A stretch of DNA of 64,000 nucleotides from Candidatus Kuenenbacteria bacterium. Lineage in GTDB: Bacteria > Patescibacteriota > Patescibacteriia > UBA11705 > JABHMO01. Shown piece after piece: positions 54,458-62,312 of the stretch. The notes below the pieces were generated by a model. It saw nothing but the letters and a program-made list of their open reading frames with translations. It made no database searches and was not told where the DNA came from. How positions within the stretch are numbered: the first letter of the stretch is position 1; every line of letters starts with the position of its first letter. A program made the translations under genes and the position numbers. The DNA is taken from contig JABMRF010000018.1 of the NCBI GenBank assembly GCA_013202715.1, positions 14,641-78,640 on the forward strand. Direction: 5' to 3'.

Positions 54458-54597
54458 GGTACAGAGAGAAGGAGGGCTTTTGCATAAGAACCAAAGAACA
54501 ACCTTTAGCCAAGCTTAATGGAAACTTTTGACATTGTCAAGGAAGTGAATTAAAATAGAACTGATAATTCATAGAACATAGAGCATTCAGATAAGAG

Positions 54598-54788
54598 TTG
54601 TTCCATGCTCCATGTTCCATGCTCCATGTTCCACGCTCCATGTTCCATGCTCCATGTTCCACGCTCCATGTTCCACGCTCCATGTTCCACGCTCCATGTT
54701 CCATGTTCCACGCTCCATGTTCCACGCTCCATGTTCCATGTTCCATGCTCCATGTTCCATGTTCCATGCTCCATGTTCCATGACTCCC
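54598..54788. repeat. heptanucleotide tandem array (CCAYGYT)n, about 27 units
   Basis: ccatgttccatgctccatgttccacgct is repeated. It sits in the divergent promoter region between the PspC-like gene and comM. The ORFs that read 'MEHGTW...' here come from translating the repeat. Confidence 0.85.
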
Positions 54789-54790
54789 TT

Positions 54791-56308
54791 ATGTTTGTAA
54801 AAGTAAATTCCTGCGCCAATATCGGCCTGGATTCAGAATTAGTTGAAGTTGAAGCTGATATCACTTTTAGTGAACAGACAGCTTTTGTGATTGTTGGCCT
54901 ACCCGACGCAGCAGTGCAAGAAGCAAAAGAAAGAGTTGGATTGTCAATTAAAAACAGCGGTTATAAACTACCGCGACATCGAAAAATTGTTAATCTGGCT
55001 CCGGCTGATTTAAGAAAAGAAGGTCCCTGTTTTGATTTAGCAATCGCAATTGCAATTTTAAAAACGTCCGAGCAGTTAATTGCCGAAACTAATGATTGCG
55101 TTTTTATTGGCGAGCTGGCCTTGGACGGAACAACCAAACATACCACCGGAATTTTACCGGCCGCGATTTTTGCCAAACAAAACGGCTACAAAAATCTTTT
55201 TATTCCGGCCGTAAACGCACCGGAAGCAAGTTTAATCTCTGGAATAAATATTTTTCCAGTTGATAATTTGAAACAAGTTGCCCTTCATTTACAAAATTCG
55301 GAAAAAATTACTCCGGTTGATAATAAAGAACCGGAAAATTTAAAACATGATTATAATTTTGAAGTTGATATGGCTCATGTGCAAGGGCAAGAGCAAGCAA
55401 AGCGCGCCTTGGAAATAGCCGCGGCCGGAGCTCATAACGTTCTCATGAGCGGTCCGCCCGGATCTGGAAAAACCCTGTTGGCCAGAACATTGCCTTCAAT
55501 TTTGCCGGCAATGGGAGAGGATGAAATCCTGGAGGTGACGAAAGTTTATTCCATCGCCGGACTTCTACCCAAAACAAATCCGGTTATAACTCAGCGACCG
55601 TTCCGCTCTCCGCATCATACCAGCTCTGGCGTGGCCCTAGTTGGCGGAGGGAGAATTCCCAGCCCGGGTGAAATCAGTTTAGCTCACCGCGGAATCCTTT
55701 TTCTGGACGAATTTCCTGAATTCCAGAGACAAGTTCTAGAAAATTTAAGGCAACCGCTCGAAGACGGCGTGATTTCAGTTTCCAGAGCGCAAGGAACTTT
55801 ATCTTTTCCGGCTCGATTCACTCTGATCGCCAGTCAAAATCCCTGCCCATGCGGATATTATTCTGATCCAGATAAAAATTGTGTTTGCTCTCCTTCTCAA
55901 ATCATTAAATACAACAATAAAATTTCCGGCCCGATTCTTGATCGCATTGATTTGCATATTGAAGTGCCAAGAATTGATTTTGACAAAATGCAACAAACCG
56001 GTGGCAATGAACCTTCAGAAAAAATAAGAGCGCGAGTAGAAAAGGTTCACAAAATGCAAAGGCAAAGATTCAAAGATACTTCCATCAAATATAATTCTGA
56101 GATGGGACCGCAAAACATTAGAACATTTTGCCAACTTGACGAGCAATCACTAGAACTAATGAAATCGGCGGTCAATCAGCTCCATTTATCTGCTCGTTCA
56201 TTTCACCGAATTCTAAAAATCTCCAGAACAATTGCCGACCTCGAAGATTCAGAAAATATTACTTCAACTCATATTGCCGAAGCTCTTCAATATAGATCCT
56301 TACGTTAA
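54791..56308 (+). CDS. comM: YifB/ComM family Mg-chelatase-like AAA+ ATPase
   Basis: N-terminal domain ..LVEVEADI..GLP.F.IVGLPDAAVQEAKERV......G...P...I.VNLAPAD..KEG..FDLAIA. Walker A is LMSGPPGSGKT. The true start is the ATG at 54791. The annotated N-terminus is repeat-derived. Confidence 0.9.
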   Translation: MFVKVNSCANIGLDSELVEVEADITFSEQTAFVIVGLPDAAVQEAKERVGLSIKNSGYKLPRHRKIVNLAPADLRKEGPCFDLAIAIAILKTSEQLIAETNDCVFIGELALDGTTKHTTGILPAAIFAKQNGYKNLFIPAVNAPEASLISGINIFPVDNLKQVALHLQNSEKITPVDNKEPENLKHDYNFEVDMAHVQGQEQAKRALEIAAAGAHNVLMSGPPGSGKTLLARTLPSILPAMGEDEILEVTKVYSIAGLLPKTNPVITQRPFRSPHHTSSGVALVGGGRIPSPGEISLAHRGILFLDEFPEFQRQVLENLRQPLEDGVISVSRAQGTLSFPARFTLIASQNPCPCGYYSDPDKNCVCSPSQIIKYNNKISGPILDRIDLHIEVPRIDFDKMQQTGGNEPSEKIRARVEKVHKMQRQRFKDTSIKYNSEMGPQNIRTFCQLDEQSLELMKSAVNQLHLSARSFHRILKISRTIADLEDSENITSTHIAEALQYRSLR

Positions 56309-56336
56309 AAGATGGGACAAAACTTTAGGAGGGCCG

Positions 56337-56597
56337 ATGTCAATTTCATACAAGGATTTTCAAGTTGGGACAAGGGTTCGTTTCAAAGAAGATTATTTTG
56401 ACCAGGCCTCTTTCGCATATGAAAAGCCCACTATTCCAACGCCCGCTAAAAAAGATGATCTCGGCACCGTAACAAGAGTGAGTGGTAATATCTCAACTAT
56501 TACACTGGCCAAAGGTGCCACTGTCAGAATTTTCAAATCAATCGACGGCAATGTCGAACCTTGGGAAAAATATGATAGTTTGGAAATAGTCACCTAA
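56337..56597 (+). CDS. small hypothetical protein (86 aa)
   Basis: RBS ggaggg before ATG. Terminator at 56603-56636. Confidence 0.45.
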   Translation: MSISYKDFQVGTRVRFKEDYFDQASFAYEKPTIPTPAKKDDLGTVTRVSGNISTITLAKGATVRIFKSIDGNVEPWEKYDSLEIVT

Positions 56598-56700
56598 AAA
56601 TAAAAAACGAGCAACACTGCTCGTTCTTTTTTTGTTTAATTTTAGACAAACAAACTAATAAAGCATTGACAGGGTTCACAAAGTACGCTATACTATTGTT

Positions 56701-56841
56701 TCATAAAGGTTGAGCGTTGTGAAAGCTTGCGTAAAGCAGGGGAGAAACTTGCACCAAAGCAAGGACCCCCAGTCTTTCTTGGCACTATAAAGTGCTACAA
56801 CGATTAACCGCCCCCAGGCCGTCGCGACGGCCTGGGGTTTT
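56701..56841 (+). ncRNA. candidate small ncRNA, about 140 nt, possibly SRP-like (unconfirmed)
   Basis: Promoter TTGACA(56666)-17-TATACT(56689). Stable terminator ccccaggccgtcgcgacggcctgggg plus T-run. No ORF. The ends pair (ggttgagcgttgt / acaacgattaacc) to give one long hairpin. Confidence 0.4.
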
Positions 56842-56845
56842 ACTT

Positions 56846-57109
56846 TTAAAATATTAAAAATGCAATGTCAGTCAACGCTTTTATTTTATGATAAGTCTTT
56901 GCCGGAATATTTATTTCTGCTGGAGACTCAACTGTCCGAGTTGAATCTTTCAAAGTTACTTCTGCTTTTCCCGTTATCAAATAAATAACTTCCTCTACAT
57001 TTTCAGAGTTATCACCGGAAACAGTATCCTTGTTTCGATAATATATTTTAAAATCATCCGTTGTGTAGCATTTACCTTTTTGATTTTCCTTGAATAATTC
57101 TATCGTCAT
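56846..57109 (-). CDS. small cupin-like beta-barrel protein, hypothetical
   Basis: 87 aa with a beta-rich composition. The assignment is weak. Confidence 0.3.
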   Translation of the reverse strand: MTIELFKENQKGKCYTTDDFKIYYRNKDTVSGDNSENVEEVIYLITGKAEVTLKDSTRTVESPAEINIPAKTYHKIKALTDIAFLIF

Positions 57110-57160
57110 ATTTTTTACCTTTTTTAACTGTTCAGTTAACTTTATGAACTTTATAACTTT

Positions 57161-58537
57161 CTACTTAACATACGAAAGAGGATTCTTTTTCACACCGCCA
57201 ACAATAACCTCAAAGTGAATGTGAGGGCCCGTTGACCAGCCTGTAGAGCCCATGGCGGCAATTGTTTGTCCTTTGGCAACCTTTTCCCCTTTGCTAACAT
57301 AAAGCTTGCTGGCGTGACCATAAAGAGTTTTTACGCCATTGCCATGATTGATAATAACATTGTATCCATAGCCATTGCTCCAGCCGGATCGCTCAACCGT
57401 ACCTGCTTCAGCAGCATAAAGAGGAGTACCGGATGGGCCAGCAATATCAAGTCCGCGATGACGCCAACTATAATATTGAGAAATTCTTCTCACACTTGTC
57501 GGCCAAAGCATTCCTGACCCTGATGAAATTTTCGAAGGCGGGACAAACAACTTTGAAATCGGAGAAACAGCAGGAACCTGACTTGAAGTATAAGTGGAAT
57601 TACTGACATATGGCGAAACTTTCTTTCCGCCCGGGACCACCAAGTTCTGATTGATCTGAATATCATTAACATCAAATAAATTATTGTAACTAATTATTTT
57701 GTCCTGTTCTACTCCATATTTTTTGGCAATCGCGCCAATATTCTCACCGCGTTTAACTTTATGCGTTACACCTGTTACGGGAAGGATTTCCAGCTTATCT
57801 CCAGCTCGAATTAAAGTATTAATGCCCAGGCCATTTTGCCATAGAATTGTTTCTACGCTAACGCCAAACCTATTAGCAATTGCCGAAACGTTTTCACCGG
57901 ACTGCACAACATAAATTGTAACATCCTGTCTTTCACCGGTATCAAATATAGGAACCTCTGTAATATCAATAGCCTGAATAATATTTGGTTTAACTACGGC
58001 AGCTCCGCCCTCAGTTACCGTTGAAAGTTCAGTGATTAATTGCTCTCCAGCGCCCGGTTGTTGCGAAGAAATTGTTTTTTGACTTTCAACCGATCCGGTT
58101 TTATCCAGGTAACTTAATATTTCTCCAGAAGAAGATAAAACTTGTGTTTCCTCTGTTAGCTCCTCGACCTCTTCTTTTGAAATTACCGAATAGATAACCG
58201 CTTTCTCTCCATAACTATCCTCGCGTAATTCCTTTGCGCTGATACTGTTCATTGTCACGGCCAAACCAATTATCACTATTAAAATGTGAACCAAGTACGC
58301 TTTATTTAAAACATAAAACACCTTACTTTTTGCAGGTGCATAAACATTCAATGCTTTGTGTTTTATAAAATAAAAAAACTTATAAATCGGAAAAATACCA
58401 ATTTTAAAAACCGCTCTTCCAAAGTAATAAGCGCCGGTTCTCAAGAACCCCAATTTCTTTAGCAGGAACTTGCTAAATTTCGCGCCATTTCTAAAAAATG
58501 CGGCTAACGATTTTATTAAAATCTTCTTTATTTGCAT
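57161..58537 (-). CDS. M23-family peptidase with two LysM domains
   Basis: LysM domains YVVQSGENVSAIANRFGVS..IL..N and HKVKRGENIGAIAKKYGV....I...N. M23 motifs HRGLDIAG, G.SNGYGY and HGNGVKT are followed by H.HFEV. Confidence 0.85.
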   Translation of the reverse strand: MQIKKILIKSLAAFFRNGAKFSKFLLKKLGFLRTGAYYFGRAVFKIGIFPIYKFFYFIKHKALNVYAPAKSKVFYVLNKAYLVHILIVIIGLAVTMNSISAKELREDSYGEKAVIYSVISKEEVEELTEETQVLSSSGEILSYLDKTGSVESQKTISSQQPGAGEQLITELSTVTEGGAAVVKPNIIQAIDITEVPIFDTGERQDVTIYVVQSGENVSAIANRFGVSVETILWQNGLGINTLIRAGDKLEILPVTGVTHKVKRGENIGAIAKKYGVEQDKIISYNNLFDVNDIQINQNLVVPGGKKVSPYVSNSTYTSSQVPAVSPISKLFVPPSKISSGSGMLWPTSVRRISQYYSWRHRGLDIAGPSGTPLYAAEAGTVERSGWSNGYGYNVIINHGNGVKTLYGHASKLYVSKGEKVAKGQTIAAMGSTGWSTGPHIHFEVIVGGVKKNPLSYVK

Positions 58538-58700
58538 ATATGTTGCCTTATCAAAATAGCAGAATTAACCCAAAAAGTCAAAGGCTTGGGACAAACGTCA
58601 ATTGTGCGTCACCTCTTGCTTTTTTTATAAAAATAGGGTAGTATACTTATGAAACTAAAAATAAAAACTTGATCTTTCTTGATCTTTTCTAAAAAACCCT

Positions 58701-59213
58701 ATGTCCAACAGACATCTTGCCAGAACAATTGCCCTTCAAACTTTATTTGAATGGGACTTCAAAGGTAAGAAAAAAAAACAGCTCGATGAACTTATCGAAT
58801 ATAATTTTCAGGCTTTTGCGCCGGAATTTAATGACCATTCATTTACAGAGAAAATTGTTCAGGGAGTAATTAAAAATCTAAAAGAGATTGACGGCTTCGT
58901 AGAAAAATATGCGCCAGAGTGGCCAATCGATCAAATAACTATTGTTGATCGTAATATTTTACGAATCGGAATCTACGAACTTATTTTTGACTTAAATATT
59001 CCTTCAAAAGTTGCTATCAACGAAGCAATTGAAACGGCGAAGGCTTTTGGTGGCGAGTCATCAGGGAAATTTGTTAACGGCGTGCTGGGTTCAATTTACA
59101 AGGACATTGGCCCTACTGAAAAAAGCGAGGACAAGGAAATTGAAAAAAAAGAACCCGAAGAGAAAAAAACTGCCAAAGGCTCCGAGCTTAGCCGAGGAGA
59201 GGAAAAGAAATAA
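58701..59213 (+). CDS. nusB: transcription antitermination factor NusB with K/E-rich tail
   Basis: Contains ..R..AR..ALQ.LF..D.............VDR.ILRIG.YEL......P..V.INEAIE.AK.FG....GKFVNGVL. Confidence 0.85.
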   Translation: MSNRHLARTIALQTLFEWDFKGKKKKQLDELIEYNFQAFAPEFNDHSFTEKIVQGVIKNLKEIDGFVEKYAPEWPIDQITIVDRNILRIGIYELIFDLNIPSKVAINEAIETAKAFGGESSGKFVNGVLGSIYKDIGPTEKSEDKEIEKKEPEEKKTAKGSELSRGEEKK

Positions 59214-59292
59214 GCATCTTAAACAAAACAGAGGGCAGTAATTAGCAAATATTAACGCTATTTTCTAATTATTGTTTTCTGTTCTTTGAATT

Positions 59293-59985
59293 ATGAAAAA
59301 AGATTTTTCAAAAATTCAGAAAAGAATTAAAATCAAATTTAAAAATCTGGATTTACTAACCCAGTCAATGGTTCATCGTTCATATTTAAATGAACATCCC
59401 AGTTTTGAATTGGATCACAATGAACGCCTGGAATTTTTGGGTGACGCAGTACTGGAATTGGTTGTCACGGAAAATATTTACCTTAATTATGAAAACCCTG
59501 AAGGAGAGTTAACCAATTGGCGAGCAAGCTTAGTAAATAGTAAAATGCTGGCCAGAGTAGCTGAAGAACTTGAAATTGAAGAATATCTATTCCTGAGCCG
59601 AGGAGAACAAAAAGACACCGGGAAAGCCAGACAATATATTTTGGCAAATGCAATGGAAGCGCTAATTGGCTCAATCTACCTGGACCAGGGATGGGATAAA
59701 TCAAAAAAATTCATTGAGACCTTTATTTTGACAAAACTACCTGATATACTTGAAAACAAATTATATTTAGACCCGAAAAGTACTTTTCAAGAACTTGCCC
59801 AGGAAAAGGCTGGTACCACTCCAAATTACAAAGTTTTGAAAGAATATGGACCTGATCATTCAAAAACTTTTGAAATTGGCGTTTATTTAAAAAGCGAATT
59901 AATTGCAGAAGGAAAAGGGTCCAGTAAACAAGAAGCCCAAGAAGATGCGGCTAGAAATGGATTGGAAAAACAGGGGTGGTCGTAG
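59293..59985 (+). CDS. rnc: ribonuclease III
   Basis: Signature ERLEFLGDAVLELVVTE. dsRBD at the C-terminus. Confidence 0.9.
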   Translation: MKKDFSKIQKRIKIKFKNLDLLTQSMVHRSYLNEHPSFELDHNERLEFLGDAVLELVVTENIYLNYENPEGELTNWRASLVNSKMLARVAEELEIEEYLFLSRGEQKDTGKARQYILANAMEALIGSIYLDQGWDKSKKFIETFILTKLPDILENKLYLDPKSTFQELAQEKAGTTPNYKVLKEYGPDHSKTFEIGVYLKSELIAEGKGSSKQEAQEDAARNGLEKQGWS

Positions 59986-60087
59986 TCAATGAAGAATTAA
60001 TAATTAACAATGGCAGATTTAAGAATGAATACTTATTGTGTTAAGTTCTTAATTATTAATTCTTTATTTCTAATTTTTAATTATCGC

Positions 60088-60164
60088 GGGCCCGTAGCTC
60101 AGTTGGTTAGAGCGCTTGCATGGCATGCAAGAGGTCGCTGGTTCGACCCCAGTCGGGTCCACCA
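60088..60164 (+). tRNA. tRNA-Ala (anticodon GGC)
   Basis: Cloverleaf with the G3:U70 identity pair. Anticodon loop ATGGCAT. CCA is encoded. Confidence 0.8.
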
Positions 60165-60280
60165 TGTACCATTCGTGTACTTCGTTCACTCAGGTACATG
60201 GCAAGCCATATTATTTCAAAACAAGATAATTTAAATTAACTATCAATTATCTTCAGTTAACTTTTATTAACTTTCTTTTT

Positions 60281-60356
60281 GCAGTCGTAGCTTAATGGAT
60301 AAAGCATCTGGCTTCGGACCAGAGGATTGGGGGTTCGAGTCCCTCCGGCTGCACCA
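60281..60356 (+). tRNA. tRNA-Arg (anticodon UCG)
   Basis: Cloverleaf: acceptor GCAGTCG/CGGCTGC, anticodon loop CTTCGGA, T-loop TTCGAGT. CCA is encoded. Confidence 0.75.
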
Positions 60357-60456
60357 TGAAGTACATGCTTATCTGCCTTTGGCAGATGGCGCATGACTTC
60401 ATGGTAAACCATAACAAATTGGTTTACCGTGAAGTCATGAGCATGTACTTCACGGA
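60357..60456 (+). repeat. large branched hairpin element (left flank of GIY-YIG cassette 2)
   Basis: Outer stem tgaagtacatgc/gcatgtacttca is 12 bp. Inner stems are gcatgacttcatggtaaacc/ggtttaccgtgaagtcatgagc and atctgcc/ggcagat. Confidence 0.65.
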
Positions 60457-60494
60457 TCCGTAGATCAAGTGGAGAAACCATAATCAACGTTACC

Positions 60495-60764
60495 ATAAAA
60501 TATATATTCTTTGTTTATATTCTGGAAAGTCAAAAGGATTACAAATTATACACGGGTTTTACTCCCGATGATCCAGATAAACGAACAAAAAAACACAACA
60601 AAGGATTAGTTCCCTCTACGAAAAAAAGGATACCATTCAATCTAGTTTATTTTGAAGCATCTATGAATCAGGATGATGCTCTAAGGAGAGAAAAATATTT
60701 TAAAACTACTGCCGGAAAACGCGCAATAAAGCACATGCTAAGAAAAACACTCAAAAAGAAGTAA
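60495..60764 (+). pseudogene. GIY-YIG nuclease family ORF with no canonical start codon (ATA where ATG is expected)
   Basis: Frame translates to IKYIFFVYILESQKDYKLYTGFTPDDPDKRTKKHNKG...LVYFEASMNQDDALRREKYFKTTAGKRAIKHMLRKTLKKK*. GIY-YIG and C-terminal motifs are intact. The first in-frame ATG lies far inside. The ORF track missed it. Confidence 0.6.
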
Positions 60765-60767
60765 CAC

Positions 60768-60860
60768 GGGTTTACCCTGAAGTTAATCCGCTTTAACACG
60801 GGTTTACCCTGAAGTCATAGGAAAAATTTGAAAGAGTTCAAATTTTTCCTATGTACTTCA
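60768..60860 (+). repeat. right-flank repeat of GIY-YIG cassette 2
   Basis: Direct repeat acacgggtttaccctgaagt x2 followed by a perfect 13-bp hairpin ggaaaaatttgaa/ttcaaatttttcc. The ..gggtttaccctgaagtcat...atgtacttca segment matches the left-flank element. Confidence 0.6.
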
Positions 60861-60936
60861 GGGCGCATAGCTCAGCTGGTAGAGCAGTTGGCTCTTAACC
60901 AATTGGTCGGAGGTTCGAGTCCTCCTGTGCCCACCA
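60861..60936 (+). tRNA. tRNA-Lys (anticodon CUU)
   Basis: Cloverleaf: acceptor GGGCGCA/TGTGCCC, anticodon loop CTCTTAA, T-loop TTCGAGT. CCA is encoded. Confidence 0.8.
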
Positions 60937-61084
60937 TTCAACTCGTTTCACTCGCTCATGGTGTTCCACCGTTAGCTTACAAGAAACGAGGCGAATGTCC
61001 TGAGCGACTATAAAGGAGTCGAAGGACAAAAAAGAATTGACGATAGTCGATTTTTTTTGTTTTTAAAATAAACTGTGTTAAAAT

Positions 61085-61180
61085 AACGGTACGGATTACA
61101 GATTGCTACAGATGTACAGATTCATAACTATAACCTTAAATCCGTACATCCGTATTTGATCCGTAATCTGTAAATCTATG
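61085..61180. repeat. family C palindromic word repeat (tacagat/atctgta, atccgta/tacggat)
   Basis: Left arm ggtacggattacagattgctacagatgtacagatt, right arm aaatccgtacatccgtatttgatccgtaatctgtaaatct. Confidence 0.6.
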
Positions 61181-61807
61181 AAACATTACATTGCTATCGC
61201 GGGAAATATCGGCGCAGGAAAAACTGTCATTTCAAAAAAGTTGGCTAAACATTTTGATTGGCAACTATATCAGGAACCATTTCAGGAAAATCCATACTTG
61301 CGTGATTATTATAATGATATGACAAAATGGGCATTTAAATGCGAAATGTTCTTTCTCGGAAGACGCCTGCAAGATCACCTAGAAATACTTGAAAGTGCTA
61401 ATGTCACGATTCAAGACCGCTGTATTTACGAAGGTGCAGAAATTTTTGTTAAAAATCTGTATTTGAACGGCCATTTAGCTGAAACTGACTGGCAAAATTA
61501 CAATAACCTATATCAATCTATTAAAAAAACAATTACTCCACCGGATTTAATCGTCTATGTAAAATCTTCAACTGATCGTTGTCTGAAAAATATAAATAAA
61601 AGAAACCGCAACGTGGAATTTCATATGAGCTCAGACTATATCGCCAACTTGAACAAGCTTTACGAAGAATGGATCAAAAGCTTTGATCTTTGTCCGATTT
61701 TAATTGCAGATGCTGACAATAATGAATTCAAGTATGTCGAAAACGATTTTGTAAATTTAGCAAACCAGATTCAAGATAGTTTGGAAAAACAAATTACCAA
61801 ACAATAG
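61178..61807 (+). CDS. deoxynucleoside kinase (dCK/dGK family)
   Basis: P-loop IAIAGNIGAGKT. Contains the ..F.E.....R..YL.. and DR pattern of the dNK family. Confidence 0.7.
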   Translation: MKHYIAIAGNIGAGKTVISKKLAKHFDWQLYQEPFQENPYLRDYYNDMTKWAFKCEMFFLGRRLQDHLEILESANVTIQDRCIYEGAEIFVKNLYLNGHLAETDWQNYNNLYQSIKKTITPPDLIVYVKSSTDRCLKNINKRNRNVEFHMSSDYIANLNKLYEEWIKSFDLCPILIADADNNEFKYVENDFVNLANQIQDSLEKQITKQ

Positions 61808-61871
61808 TTTACTGCAAACTTACAACAAATAATAGGTTTTTCACTATTTATTTTTATATTTTTATTGTAAT

Positions 61872-61905
61872 TTTAGCCAAGCCCTTGACAAATTAAAAAA
61901 TGTTT
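61872..61905 (+). promoter_or_regulatory. promoter TTGACA-17-TATAAT followed by a leader hairpin
   Basis: Sequence cccttgacaaattaaaaaatgtttgatataat. A leader hairpin atgagtgtctttttctgagacgctcat plus T-run lies at 61953-61990. Confidence 0.45.
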
Positions 61906-62070
61906 GATATAATACTAATGTGGAAGTATAGAGAGGGCCTTTCCGCCTTCTATATGAGTGTCTTTTTCTGAGACGCTCATTTGTTTTAAATAAGTTATTT
62001 ACATAAAGCGGTAAGTTTAGCAAAATTTACTTGTCGCTTTAACAAGTTACTTAATTAACCCCAAAATCCT

Positions 62071-62232
62071 ATGGCACCAGCCAAAACACAATTTCAAAGG
62101 CAAAAATGTGAGGTCTACTCGAGGGTGGTCGGATATTTAAGTCCAGTGCAACGCTGGAACAACGGAAAAAAGTCCGAGTTCAGTGATCGCCGTACTTTCA
62201 ATGTCTGGTCAAAGACTTCTGCTAAGATTTAA
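62071..62232 (+). CDS. orphan 53-aa ORF resembling the glycyl-radical C-terminus of anaerobic ribonucleotide reductase NrdD
   Basis: MAPAKTQFQRQKCEVYSRVVGYLSPVQRWNNGKKSEFSDRRTF.. The SRVVGYL...WN.GK..EF.DR block corresponds to the NrdD glycyl-radical motif. No NrdD body or nrdG lies adjacent. Confidence 0.45.
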   Translation: MAPAKTQFQRQKCEVYSRVVGYLSPVQRWNNGKKSEFSDRRTFNVWSKTSAKI

Positions 62233-62312
62233 AGTTAAACATTATCGAATTAGTTCCTCACTCCTGTGGGTCCATCCTTTCGACTTTTAACTTTTACCTT
62301 TTCACTGTTTTT

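Noticed and set aside
54598-54788. Possible CRISPR array
   Set aside because: The units are 7 nt with no spacers. This is a microsatellite, not a repeat-spacer structure. No cas genes are present.
54537-54864. Several overlapping ORFs on both strands encoding MEHGTWSMEHG... / MFHAPCSMLHVP... repeat peptides
   Set aside because: They are translations of the 7-nt tandem array. The period is not a multiple of 3, frames overlap on both strands, and the real comM start is the ATG at 54791.
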